The notes beneath the pieces were generated by a model that worked only from the letters and a program-made list of their open reading frames with translations, was not told where the DNA came from and did not search any database. A DNA stretch of 64,000 nt from Massalongia carnosa (lineage: Eukaryota): contig OZ287073.1 of NCBI GenBank assembly GCA_965645245.1, forward strand, positions 124,001 to 188,000, given 5' to 3'. A program made the translations under genes and the position numbers. Below are positions 27,369-40,170 of this stretch, in pieces; the first letter of the stretch is position 1, and every line of letters begins with the position of its first letter.

Positions 27369-27629
27369 TGTAATAGAAGCTCTGCTGGCATAGTAAAAAG
27401 CTCACTTTTGAAACGATTGATATTTCTATCTACCTATCTAAGGACCGTGTTTATATAGATAGAAAAACATGCCGAAAACCGTTCTCCCTATGACTCACCT
27501 TCCTGCTTCCTAGAAATCTAAGATTGGTGATTGATGCCTAATGTTCTTACCAACGCACTAATCCCAATGCGGTACCATGTGACTCTGAACACTTTACTAG
27601 GCATCAGCCGGGTGACTTTGCACATTACA
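27369..27629. mobile_element. Solo LTR without matching TSD, truncating the Gypsy integrase
   Basis: TGTAAT...ATTACA termini; integrase homology ends at its edge; flanks ATTAT vs ACAGT. Confidence 0.65.
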
Positions 27630-30600
27630 ACAGTATCATCAAACTCCTCTTTTCCTTCCATCCTCATGCGCTGTAAATGATGCACAGCTTCCTCAAGATC
27701 CTCCTCCCGCCTCTGAAGCTGACGAGCTCTCATAGCTAATAGCTCGGCAGTTGTATGAACCTCACTCCAAGGAAGAATACGCCAGGTAGGTACCTCCAAC
27801 TCAATCGGTAGAACAGGTTCACTGCCACAGGTCACATAATATGGGGATAAGCCGGTGGTACTCTTGACAGTGGAACGGTCAGCCCATAATACAGCGGGTA
27901 GGTTCTCGACCCAATTTCCCAACCCTCCATCGGTCATCTTGGACAGTGCATCAACAATGGGTCTATGGCCCCTCTCGATCATACCATTGGCCTGTGGGTG
28001 ATAAGAAGACACCTGGACCCTCTTAATTCCGTATCGCGCTGTGAGTTCTTCAACTAAATCCTTGTTTTCCGGCCCTCCATCTACAATCAAGCGGCCAAAA
28101 CAACCATGACGGCAGATGACATCTTCCCAAAGGAACCTAGCGACCGACAACGAATTGGCATTTCCTATTGCCCGAGCTTCTACCCAGCCTGAAAGATCAT
28201 CTCTAGCAGCCACCAGGAACTTCTTGCCCTCCCTTGAAGGCATGTACACAACATCCAGACCTACTTTGGCCCAACAAAGACTTATCCAGGTAGGATGTAG
28301 AGCTTCTTCCTGCCGTGTAGGGTCCCGCATTTGACATCTCTCGCAACTTCGTACGTAGGCCTTGACATGAGCATGAAGGTCCTCCCACCAGTAGCGGTCA
28401 GCAATCCTACGGTAGGTCCCTTCTCTCCCTTTGTGACCACTCTCATCATGTAGTTTCTCCATAATCTCCTGTCTCTCCTTGTCGTCATCTACAACTCTTC
28501 GTATGGGGACATTTTTGTTGTTTCGTCGAAACAGCTTTCTCCCCTGCACATAGTATCTCATCGCTTCTTTCTTGAACTTGTTAAACTCTTTCCTTCCAAT
28601 GCCGGCCGGTCTCTGTAAACTCGTAAGATAGGCAGCGATTTATTGAGATTTTTTTGAATAACTCTCCTCTAAGGGCAGTTCGTCTGTAACGGAAATAGGG
28701 GCAACTCTTAGAGAGCCTAATTCTGCATCAATAAAATCTTCTATGTCTTCTTCCATCTCTCTCTCCCGTATATCGTCTTCGGTAGGGGGTTTATGAGACA
28801 GTCCATCTGCTGCTGTATGCTTTTTACCCGCAACGTGCTTCACGTCAAAGTCGAAGAGCTGAATCCAAGCTATCCATCTGGTAACAAGCGCACCTGGCAA
28901 ATCCGTCCCTCCACGATTTAATTGAGCCACAGGCACCGAAGCATCTGTCTCCAACAAGAAATGTACTCCATAAAGATAGTTGCGGACCTTCTTGAGAGCC
29001 TTCAAGACCCCTCTACACTCTCTCTTCGTCGCATCATAGGACTTTTCGGTGTCGGACCAAATACCACTTTCATATCGCGAAGGGTGTCGCTTGCCCTCCC
29101 ACTCCTGCATCAAGACGGCACCCCATCCCTTACCACTCGAATCCACTCCCAAAATGATGAGCCCAGCTCCTATCGAATAATCCAGCGACCGCAGTGCCGG
29201 AGAGGTAGTCAACGCAAGTTTCAGCTTATCCATGGCTTCCTGTTGCTCTACTCCCCAAACAAAAAGGATCTTCTTTTTGAACAGACGGTAGATAGGCTCA
29301 GCGACGATGGCAAACTCAAAGATCCATATACGATAGTACACGCAAACACCGATGAAAGCTCGTGCACCGGTAACATCCTGACAAGGAGGCCAATCAACAG
29401 TTTTTATGACCTTGGCAGTATCCGGATGTCGACCGTCAGTCACAAATATAACCAACAATACGGATCCCAGGCATGGCAAATTGTGATTTTGCCCCCGAGA
29501 TAGTCACACCAGCTCTCTCATAATCGGCTAGAACCTCGTCCAGCGCCTGAAGATGTTCCTTTATAAATCGGCGGATGCCAGGGGCGACCATTTCATTGTC
29601 ATACTTTGTCTTGGGCCCTTTGACTCCCACATCATCCACGAAAGGTTCCGCATTATGAGGTATCTGAGCCTGCAGGATTTGATTATTTATCCTAACAAAT
29701 TGTCCCACGGAATTGGTGGCTCCTTGAGGAAGTCGAGTCATCCTCATGAGTCCTAGTGCCGTCTGAAAAGCTGTATAGTCTCTGCTCTTGAGGTCTAGCG
29801 AAAATTGATCATATCCGGAAAACCAGTCCACCAACGACGCTACCGAACATCCCGCGAAGTTCTCAGCAAAATCGTCCGCCATAGGAGGTAAAGTGGCGTC
29901 CCGCAAGGTAACTCTGTTCATTTCCGTGCAGGCATTGATGAGCCTATATTTTCCCTTCTCCTTTTTCCCTATGACATACCAAGGATTGCGATAATGACCA
30001 TGGCAAGGTTCTATTGCTCCGATCGCAAGGCGCTCTTTTACCATTTCGATGGTCTTCTCCTGTAGTGATTTTGGAATAGCGAAACCAGGATGCTGCCAAG
30101 GCTTATGCTCGATCGTACGGATCTCCTGCGGAGGCGCCACTTCTGGTCGGACCAGTCCCATCTCTGAAAAGTCCCAAGCGAGTGCAGCTTCCCTACCGTG
30201 TAGGACTTCGGCCAAAAGGTCTCTCTCTTCCATGGACAACCCATCCCCTACTCGAATCTTTTGCAATATTTCTGGAGTCAATCGTGCTCCTCGCGTCATA
30301 CGTGAGAATTTCGGTATCAACCACCCTGGATATTTTTCGTTGGGCAACCTAGGCATCGCTCTTTCCCTCTCCAAAGCTCTTTCTCTCCAATCAGGCATCC
30401 CCCCAGGCATTGAACCGTCAGAAATCCATCTTTCCGCCGGGCGCACCTTATCACCCTTTCTCTTGTATGCTCCATCAACCCGAACAAACTCCCTATCTCT
30501 ATCTCTTGCTTGCGAAACCGAAAATAAATCAAACTTGCGTGATAACCGAAACTCCTGCCCAATATCAAAACTGGGTACAAACTCCCAATGCGGACTAGTG

Positions 30601-33600
30601 GATGTTCCAACCCTAAGCCTGCCGCTAAGGATGCAAGCTGCAGCTACTTTGGATTTAGCGTCAGAACGGCGCACTAGGCCTAATCGGTTACATAATCCAA
30701 GATTAAGTGACGCATTGGGACTAGCGCGCTTTTCTTTCTTCCTCGGGCTATTCGAACTCCACGCCGCAGACAAACCCCCGACAGCTCGCCTGCATTCTAG
30801 TTTAAAGGAAAAATGTCCTCCTCCTGCCGGTTGCCTTCGTCTTAATAATCAATAGCTCGGAACACGACGGACTTATGACCAGTACAGTTCTTGATGACCG
30901 CAAAAGCTCCCTGAGGACGGTACTCATACTGCAGCTCCACCATAAACAAGAAAGGCGCACCCAGGACCAGTTGATGATCCGCGGAGTCCACTACAAACAC
31001 CTGTTGAAAACTCTTTAGACCCCCAATGTTTATCTCAACATTCTCGCATACTCCATCGAAGTGTTTTCGGTGCCCGGTGTGAGAAACCAAACCCAAGTGA
31101 GGAGCCGGTCTCCAGGATAGTCCAGCTTGATGCATAAGCTTAGAGGTCATCACATTGACTTCCGCGCCAGAATCTAGAAGAGCCACACTTTTGAGAAAGC
31201 CTTCTAATCGAACAGGAGCCTTAGGAGTGGATAAGGAATACAAAAGCTTCGGAATCTGTCCGCTACCCATCATCGCATCATCGCTAACGCCCAGTGAACT
31301 AACATGCGCGGTCGGAGGTTTAGGATGCTTTATAGGCTTGGAAAAGAGCTCTCGCACCCGAGGGGATATGGACCATAACTCGGACAAGGGCATGGTTATC
31401 GGTATTTGAGTCACCTTTTTCATCAGTGTTTCATCATCCATGTCGATTTTCGTCAGCTCTGGCAATCGGAGAGCTCGAGGAGGCTTCTCCTTGGCCTCAT
31501 CAATTTCCACTACTTTAGGCTCAGACGAAGTCTCCTTCGTATCGGCTATAGCTTTCTTCTTATTGTCCGCAAAAGTCACGTTTTTCTTCGTAGAAGAAAT
31601 CTCCGGTGTTCCATTTGGATAAGTCACAAACTCCTCAACTGCTTCCATGTCAGTATCTTCTGTCACATCTTCCACAGTCACTTGCTGCCAACTACCAAAT
31701 CTCGTATTCTTTGGAGTAGGAAGCTTTTCCTCATTCTCAACTTTTCGTTTCAATATCCGGCGAACTGGCTCATGAAAATTGGCGGTACTCTTCGGCTTCT
31801 CATTGACTCGGGCGGCGTTTACTATTGCCTCCTTGGTACTATCCGTGCGATGTTCCACAATGCAAAGGCCAAAATCTTTGTCGTCCCAACTCTCATCTTC
31901 ACTAGACAACTCATCAGGTTCGAGCTCTCCAACACGCACCGTATTAGCTTCAACCGTGGCCGCAGGGGCAGAATAGCGAAGCCGTTCGGACTCTGCCACA
32001 CACTGTCTTTGAGAACGGTCCAGCCTCAGCTGTACGGGACGTGCGCCTGGGTTCGGAGGTCCTACACATATCCGACCCTCGAAGTTTAAATGTATACGAT
32101 TGCTGGAGAGGTCAGCCCTATAATCAGAGCACTGCCAGCGGCCTCTATGATCAGTAGACCAACAATAGTTGCAACGTTGAGGGTTCGAAGATGAGTAATT
32201 GCCACCAGCAGAGTTCGTTTGTGCCTGGGGAGGGATCAGAGAAGAAGATGGCTGTGCATTACTAGGCTGCGACGTCGTTTGCTCTGGCACTACAGTAGGG
32301 GCAGATTGGAAATTTTGCTGAAGTGGAGGAGGCTGATACGGTCGGTAAGGTCGTGGGCCCGGTAGGGGCGCTTGCATCACATTGCTCTGTATGTTAGAGG
32401 TCACCGCAGTCACAGTGGACAACATCATATCTTTAACACCGTGGGTAATTTCCTCGATAGCGCTATTCATAATAGCCCTGGTATCTATCACCGGAGGGGC
32501 TATAGGCGCTTGTGTAAGAGAAGAACTAGAAGGAGAGGCTTTTTGCTTGCTCGCTGCCCGTCCATAATCATCCACCAAGGCACTAATCTTATCTTGTTCC
32601 TTATCTCCTCGTACTAGATCTCTCAGGCGCTGACTTGAGGTAGCCAGAGTTATAGTGTACTGGACCAAAGTATCGAGCATCAGGGGTTCGTCGCCTTCTA
32701 GATCAATATCATATCGCATGAATAGCTCCGAACATAATTTCTCCGGTAAACCTTGAACAAACCATGAACATTGAGTGAAATTGTCAAGCCTTTGGCCGCC
32801 AGGAAGCTGCTTGCAAATAGCCACAAAACGACGACAATATAGCGGTATGTCATCCTCCTCCATGCGAGGCTTATTCTTTAGTGCTTCCAGAAAAGCTCGA
32901 GAGTTGACTTGTTGCGAGGTGTCATTATGACGGTATTCCTTGCGCATTGCCTTGGCTAGGTTGTCCCAATCACCAGAGGTAAACTCGATCATAGACTTGA
33001 CGTTCTGGCCTATCAGGTTCTCACAGTACCAGGGCAAACGTGGAATAATTTGATCTTCGGCGAGTCGGTAGTCGCGACACATAAGAAGATAGCGATCCAG
33101 GAAATCGGTGACATTTCCTCCCGTGAAAAAGGGCGTTCCAGGGGAACCAGGGTGAGGTAAGGCCATATAAAAACGCGGGTCCATCGGGAACGGTCCTATA
33201 GCAGGAGGTGGTGGCAATTCCGCCGTCGGTTGGTACACAGGCTCACCGGCAGGAGCTTTTTCTGAACGTATGGAGGCGTCAGGAGTAGAATCTTCGGATT
33301 TTTGTTCGAGTGTCTCCGGTCGCAGGCTAAAAGGGTCACTATTGGACATGATCAGCTCACTGTAAGACTTGTCGTATACTGTACCCAATTGCTCCAAGGA
33401 ATGAGGCACTAAACTGGGGGGGTAAGAAACACAAGGAAAATTTCGGGATCTCGATTTTCTAATAACAGAACGATGAACTTTTATCGAATTTTCTTTTCTG
33501 CTCACTCTCTGATTTTTCTCTGTCTTTTTGTCGCCTCTCTTCTTTACGCGGCCGAAAGGCTCAGTCTTATAGTACTCTCGGAACAATGGCTCCATGTCTC

Positions 33601-34397
33601 GGACCTCTTGGAGATATTTTTTGCCGAGCCATAACAGCATGGAATCGGGAACTTGTAGCGAAATAGTAACCATTTTTCGTTAGTCAAGACGCGCCGTCGC
33701 ATAGGCCGCTGCCACCAGTTTTGAGGTTTTTCGGGATTCGCCACTCGCTAAAACCCGACGATGCTTCCAAAAAGGGTAAAGTTTGGCTTGCGTCGTCCCG
33801 CGGATTGCTTCTTAGACTTCCAATTGGTCTTCTTTCAGCTCACCGCCTTCGGTCTAGAACATCAAGGTCGAACTCGATCCCACTATCAAACAAAGAAATA
33901 AGAAACACTCTAAAGGTTAGTTCACGATCCGTGCCCCGCCCCTTTTGAACTCTTGGCTTTTTCAGGGTCAAACGCGTTCCCACTCTCTTTTCGTTCGAAT
34001 CTGCACTCGTTGATCTCTCTAGACTCTTGCTTCTACCGAATAGCCTCAAAAGGTCATCGCACCGTGGTCGCCAATGAAGAGGGGTAGTCGTGGGTGGTGC
34101 ATACGTGATGACCTCAAGGAGAGAAGACCGGCAGAAAGCAAACAAGGAACAGACGTGAAAACAACAAACATAACGTTGGCGGTGACGACTCGGCCACTCT
34201 GACACTGTCACTCGGACACGAATACTGACTCTGGAGGAAAGAAAAATGTTTATTGCCTGTCTGTCTAGAGGGTGAAACTTCCCCTATTTATAGAAAATGG
34301 GCGCCTCAGCCCCGGAAAAACCTCCCCTCCGCTCCGTCCACACCAATCCCCCCCCCTCCCCTCAGCACCTGCCCTTGTCCCTATTCACCCTATCACA
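27630..34397 (-). mobile_element. Ty3/Gypsy element, 3'-truncated and frameshifted
   Basis: 5' LTR 34206-34397; gag-PR 30842-33673 (LLDSGAEVN); RT (FVDD); RNase H (VDSS, ETDA); IN (H-H-C-C, VDGGPE, NGMIER). Confidence 0.93.
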
Positions 34398-37300
34398 ATG
34401 TCAGAGAGAAGAGACGTCTTTTCGTCGAATGTGGACGCAGTGACTGCTGTGCCGTCCGCAAGCGTGTGCGTCAGATCGGGCACCTTGGGAATGTCTCGCG
34501 GTAAGTGACTGCGCGTACGAGCCCATCGAGCAAGACGCCATATGCCTTCGGACGCAGACGTCATCTCTGCTAAGGTTCTTCTGAAGTCGAGCTTCTTCTC
34601 CTTGGTGATGATCTTCTTCTTTTCATCCGCCGATTTGCGATACCTGCGCCACGTTGCCTCTGTCTTCCACCTCGTCCACTCGCGTCTTCGACGTCGAGTC
34701 TCCGCCACAGCGACAGCGTAACGCTCGTTCCAGAAGGGTTTGGAGACGGGGCAGGGAGCCGTCCAGGGAATGGTCTCATTTATCGCGTCAATAATGGCGG
34801 ACTGTAGTCGATTCGCTAAGTCGTCTATGGCTTGCGGGGTACGCGGCCACTCCGTGACTACAGGTAGACGAAGACTTTTCGCCAGATTTTCTTCGTCGGC
34901 TCGCTTCCATGCTCTCTTGCGACGTTTCACGCTCAGCTCCACCTCTAGCGTCAGCTTGGTAGAGACGGGTATGTGATCGGACGATTGGTTCATCTCCGGA
35001 CGGGTGTGACAGTGCAGCAGACTGTGTCTCAGGGAGTCGGTCATGAACACTAGGTCTATCGTGCTCGTGGATCTGCGTGCCCCCAAGTGATAGAGCCACT
35101 AGGTAGAGTGAGCTGCATAGACGCCGCACGAACGACGTCGAGAAGCTGGTCCGCCGCTTGATGTTGTGTAGGCCTGGAGGGGCCACTCCACAGAGGGTGA
35201 TGCAGATTAAAGTCTCCCAGCAAGATGTGTTCCTCTTCATCCCGCTCATGAATCTTTCGTCTCGTCGCCTCCACGCTTTCGAGTAGCTGGCGAGAAGAAT
35301 GCGAGTCGGGTGATTGACTGTAGACGTTATGTATATTGATGTATCGTGGCTCATTACTCGCAGATATTCTTAGTCTCATTGTGCACACGTCCGGCGTGAG
35401 GAAGCCCACAGCCCAAGAATTGACATCCAATCTTTTATTAATATAGAAACACGCACGTACATTCTCATTCGACATAAACGCAAGATGAAAGCCGGAATTG
35501 AACGGATTGTGCGACGTGCAAACGCTGGGGTTGCGCCATGGTTCCTGAATGGCTAAGACGTCATACTCCTCTATTCTCTTGTCCGCCAGTAGAGGGGTCA
35601 TGACCCCGTTCTTGCTCTTTCTGATGTTATACTGTAATATTGAAAGAGATGTTTGTCCCGCCATTACTGGGTATTTCGGGAGACTTTGCCGCTGATTCTG
35701 TGAAGCGGCGGGCGGCCGCGCTTCGGCTTGGGCTGTGGCTGTGTCTGCGAATGCGCCTTCGGCGCCGGAGGAGGCATGGGGTAACGAAGGAGTGCAAGGG
35801 CGCTGTCAGACCTATGAGAAGACGAGGCCGGCTGTGAGTCAGGTACAACCGACACGCTGGCTCTGCGCCTAGTAGGAGATGGCGAGGAGCCTTCTCCAGG
35901 TCCCTGCGAGTGTGCCCTCTTGCCGTGTGTAGAGGGGAGAGCCGGAAAACTGTTGGTGACTGTATTAATGTCGAGGCTCATAATCGTGGAGCCGTCCTGA
36001 GTGAACTCGTTCGGCTCCTCGGCCTCGGGGGTTGGCGAGCGGCTTCGCTCACGCACTGCCGGATGACGTGTTGGCGCAGGTGTATGAGACGTCGTGTCGC
36101 CGGCGTTATTGCGTCGTTCCTCTGTCTGACTTTGTCGAGGAAGGACAACCGCCTCCGTCTCGACATGCCACGTTGGTCGGTTCTTCCAGATGCCATTCAG
36201 GCGCTCCTTCTCCTCTTTTCGGACAGGGCAGAGGTGAGACCACGCCGGATGATTCCCGCCGCACACGGCGCACTTGCGTCGATCCGCAGGCGCTTTGCAT
36301 GCTTGCGAGCGATGTCCTTGAGCGCAGCCTGCACATCGAAGGGCGTTCTTGCATGCGGTGCCCGTATGTCCGTACTTCTGGCAGTGAAAGCACTGTTTAG
36401 ACGACAGTTCTTATCGAAGTACTCACATATTCTATGCGAGTAATCCTGCAGAAGACCCTCTTTAATCAGTCTGTTTGCCGTCTCTGCGGTGGCTACTTCA
36501 ATTATTAGCGAGGAGTGAATCTTGGCTTCTGAAACTGCCCTTTTGGTCCATGCAATGCGGCAGATCTGCAGTCCCGGATGAAGCTGCTCATTCTATTTCT
36601 CTAGACTCTTGATGGTAGCTTGTGCGTTAACTGTGTCGACGCTGTCTACGCGCACCCCATGCGCTAACACAGCGAATGTGCGTCGCACTACATACGCTGA
36701 GTCCGCAAGCCCTTTATGTAGCTGTTGATCCATCTCCATTCTAGCCTTAGCTTCCATCGTGCATGCCAGCAGCTCCAAGTCGCCGCTTGGGAGACGTCGC
36801 ACCGCCAGTACATCGCCGGTCTTCTCCTCGATAGTCTTGATTCTGTCCATAAGTGCCTTGTTCGACAAGGCTTTGATTCCGACTTTCTCTGCGTCGTTCC
36901 TGAACTTGATCAAAACGGACTTTCTTCTCTTTATCTCCTCCAGCTGTCGTTGCTGCTCCATTAGGGAGTTGCGCGTTGCCGTCGTGTTGCTGTCGTTTCT
37001 GCTACTTCCCGCGGACGCTACCGCGGCGTAGCTCTAGACTGCTGCCGTCGTCTTGGTCGTGTTCGCTTCTATGCGCGTTAATTGCTGTTGAATCAGCTGC
37101 ACATCATTGCGTAGCTCGCTCTCCGAAAGCGCGAGAAAGTGAATCAACTCCTTTGCTTTTTGTAGCAGTGTCAAGATCTCTGATCCCTTAATTATCTCTC
37201 TGGATTTGTCGCGTAGCTGTTTCTCAATGTCAGCTATTGCGCTTACTGCTCGGCTCGTAAGGTTTGCGCTGCTTTTCTTCTCTTGTAGCGCCCGCGCAGC

Positions 37301-37400
37301 GATGTCGCCACGCCGCCTACTCGGCGTCGACATAACGTCGGTACGCGTTACAAGGGAAGACGTGTTGAGAGAATAGATAGATGTGAGAGTCAAATCAATA
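34398..37400 (-). mobile_element. Tad1-like LINE, 5' half (ORF1 plus APE endonuclease), cut by the Gypsy
   Basis: ORF1 from 37333 with three Cys/His knuckles and internal stops; TAATG stop/start overlap at 35662-35666; ORF2 QYNIRKS, IQEPW, GDFNLHHPLW, IDLVF, SDH. Confidence 0.92.
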
Positions 37401-37562
37401 ATAGTAGCCTAGATTGTGGTTGTCCTTCAAAAAAACTCATTCGATCCTAGAGAACGTTTAAAATGCAAAGTGAGAATAGTTCTTCTTCTTTTTCAAAATC
37501 ATCTCTCCCAACATTGCCACGAATTCAACCTAAAATGTTTGATAATGTTGAAAGAGGATTAC

Positions 37563-38798
37563 ATTTAACCACTAAAGGGAAACCGGAAGCATTGCTGGAT
37601 GTGGTAGTTTCAGGTGAAAAGAAACCGGGTTGTGTGAACGGGTTGCTACCAGCGTTAGTTGACATGCCATTTCGAACATTTGAGCGAATCAAGTCTTCTT
37701 TTTCGTTGAACAAGACCGTTACATGGTGGTAGTATTGAGAGATGTTAGTGGCACCAGCGGCAGTGGCTTTGCGAATAAGCTCGCCTTCCTCTGGTCGATT
37801 GACGTATTGCCAAGAGTCTTTGACTACAAGTGGCTTCTTGGAGTCATCTCCCTCACGGTATGCCTTCCAGCAAGTTGTCGCTCGGCCGGCTATGCACGCT
37901 GTATGAGCTCTCAGCGTTTCGGTGATGATCAGTCGCTCTTCTTTGCCGTCTCTATTAATCTTGACGAATCGTTGACCGTCTACCTCCATCAAGTCCGGGT
38001 CGATGCCCTACTGTCCATCGTTCATCCAAAGGAAGCTGAGTAAGGTCTTCACAAAGAAAGGGCCATTTTTATGGATATCAAATGCCACTGAAGTCGTGGC
38101 GCCCAGTCGATCAAATTCCCAAAGCCGCATGGTGGATCCACATAGGGTGAGTCCAAGGACAAACCGGCGGGAATCTTGGTGTCTGAAGATTTCTCGTGCG
38201 TATTTCATGACATCTAACCATGTCTTCTCCAAACCGTCCTGTCCAGAAGGTTTGAGTTCAATGGCAACAAGTACCTGACGCCAAGAAGCTATCTGTTTGT
38301 TTGGCTTGGCGAGCACACCGATGCTTTCTCCAGCAAATGTGGCGACACACAGGTCAGGCTTCCGTTTCACAGCTCCCGGGACGGGGGTATTGGGTGATGG
38401 CACGAACCGGCGTTGGCTTGGTGGCTCGATGCTGGCTCCTCAAGAAACTTCATAAATTTGCTGATGCATCCCTCAAGCGACCGCTGGACGCCTTTTTCAT
38501 CACCGTCTTCCCAACCACGCCATCTGTAGCCAGTCGTGTAAAAGGGGTCCTTTCCATCGCAACACTTCTTGAAGACGGCAGTTGCTGCATCGTCGACTTG
38601 TGGGATTTCAGCGAGGTATGTGGCTATGAAATCGGGATGGTCGAGCTCAAGATTCGACTTGAGCTCCCACCTGAGCACATTCCTCACCATTTCAACAGGC
38701 TCAGATATGTTTTGAAAGCCACCAGAGTTGAAACTGTTTGATGTGTTCTTGAAAGCTGAAGCGAAGTTAGGGCCGGAAGGTGGAGGAGTAGTTGATGG
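37563..38798 (-). pseudogene. FunK1 (Pkinase_fungal) kinase, N-terminal half, inverted
   Basis: RKPD, WRQVLVAIELK, KYAREIF...RRFVLGLTLCGSTMRLWEFDRLG, IAGRATTCWKA. Confidence 0.85.
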
Positions 38799-39246
38799 GT
38801 GGGCATCGACCCGGACTTGATGGAGGTAGACGGTCAACGATTCGTCAAGATTAATAGAGACGGCAAAGAAGAGCGACTGATCATCACCGAAACGCTGAGA
38901 GCTCATACAGCGTGCATAGCCGGCCGAGCGACAACTTGCTGGAAGGCATACCGTGAGGGAGATGACTCCAAGAAGCCACTTGTAGTCAAAGACTCTTGGC
39001 AATACGTCAATCGACCAGAGGAAGGCGAGCTTATTCGCAAAGCCACTGCCGCTGGTGCCACTAACATCTCTCAATACTACCACCATGTAACGGTCTTGTT
39101 CAACGAAAAAGAAGACTTGATTCGCTCAAATGTTCGAAATGGCATGTCAACTAACGCTGGTAGCAACCCGTTCACACAACCCGGTTTCTTTTCACCTGAA
39201 ACTACCACATCCAGCAATGCTTCCGGTTTCCCTTTAGTGGTTAAAT
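37563..39246. repeat. 446-bp inverted repeat (37563-38008 / 38801-39246)
   Basis: Arms read as reverse complements with no mismatch noticed; identical peptides in the ORF track. Confidence 0.95.
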
Positions 39247-40170
39247 CTAGTCAAGGTTCCGCTTCCCCGGTAATGGCTAGATCCAGCCGAGCGCCTGAAC
39301 TAATCAAGACTCAATGTGTGAATTCGTTTGGCTCAGCAAGCCAACAAAGCCAGACGTCCCGAAAGAGGCCATTAAGTCAGATCGAGCCCCTAGAACCAGC
39401 ACGAAAGCGCTCACGATCAATCATGACTGCTAGAGAGGGCGACAATCGATGGACGAACGACAAAGTCCGTCGTCGCATCATAACTCAGAGTCTTGGTAAA
39501 CCGCTTCGTGAGGCGAACTGTCCTGCAGCGATAATCACAGGGCTACTTGGAGGCATCAAAGGTGAGCTAATCAATTGATTTGTTCATATGCGTAGCTAAC
39601 GAGTGCAGGGCACGAGTCTCTCTACCAGGCTGATATACTCCACCGCGATATATCACTTGGAAATATCCTCCTTAACGACGATGAAAGTGATGGGTTCCTA
39701 ATTGACCTTGACCTTGCTGTGGACATCACCCGGCTGGAGGCGTCTGGAGCTCCGGGAAAGATCGGCACCAAAGTCTTCATGGCCATCGGTGCCCTTGCTG
39801 GCGATCCACATAGCTTCATGCATGATCTCGAATCGTTCTTCTGGGTGCTTCTCTGGATCTGCATTCACCACGCCGGGCCAGGCAAGGAATTCATAACGTT
39901 GCCGACTTCAATAACTGGAATTACGATTCAACCGCGAAACTTGTATTTTTCAAAATGGGTCTAGTATCTGAAGAAGAAGCTTTTGATAAGACGATGTCGG
40001 TCTGTGTTACAGGTTATTGTAAGGACTTGGTGCCCTGTGTTAAAGAGCTGTTGAAGATCATCTTTCCGGGAGGGAAGCGAATTAAAACAGAGGATCGGAG
40101 CCTTTATACCCAGATGAGGGCGGTGATTGAGAAGGCACGAGACAACCTTATCACGGAAGGGACAGTGTAA
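38801..40170 (+). pseudogene. FunK1 kinase, C-terminal half
   Basis: VVKDSWQ, intron 39562-39608, HESLYQADILHRDISLGN, GFLIDLDLA, GTKVFMAI, HDLESFFWVLLW; frameshifts near the end. Confidence 0.88.

Noticed and set aside
30049..32089. Long plus-strand ORFs
   Set aside because: Antisense to Gypsy gag/pol with no motifs.
34188..34203. tRNA gene (gtcagagtggccgagt resembles a tRNA 5' end)
   Set aside because: No anticodon arm, T-arm or acceptor partner visible.
38367..39086. 239-aa novel protein
   Set aside because: Chimera of the antisense repeat arm and the FunK1 N-terminal part across the inversion junction.
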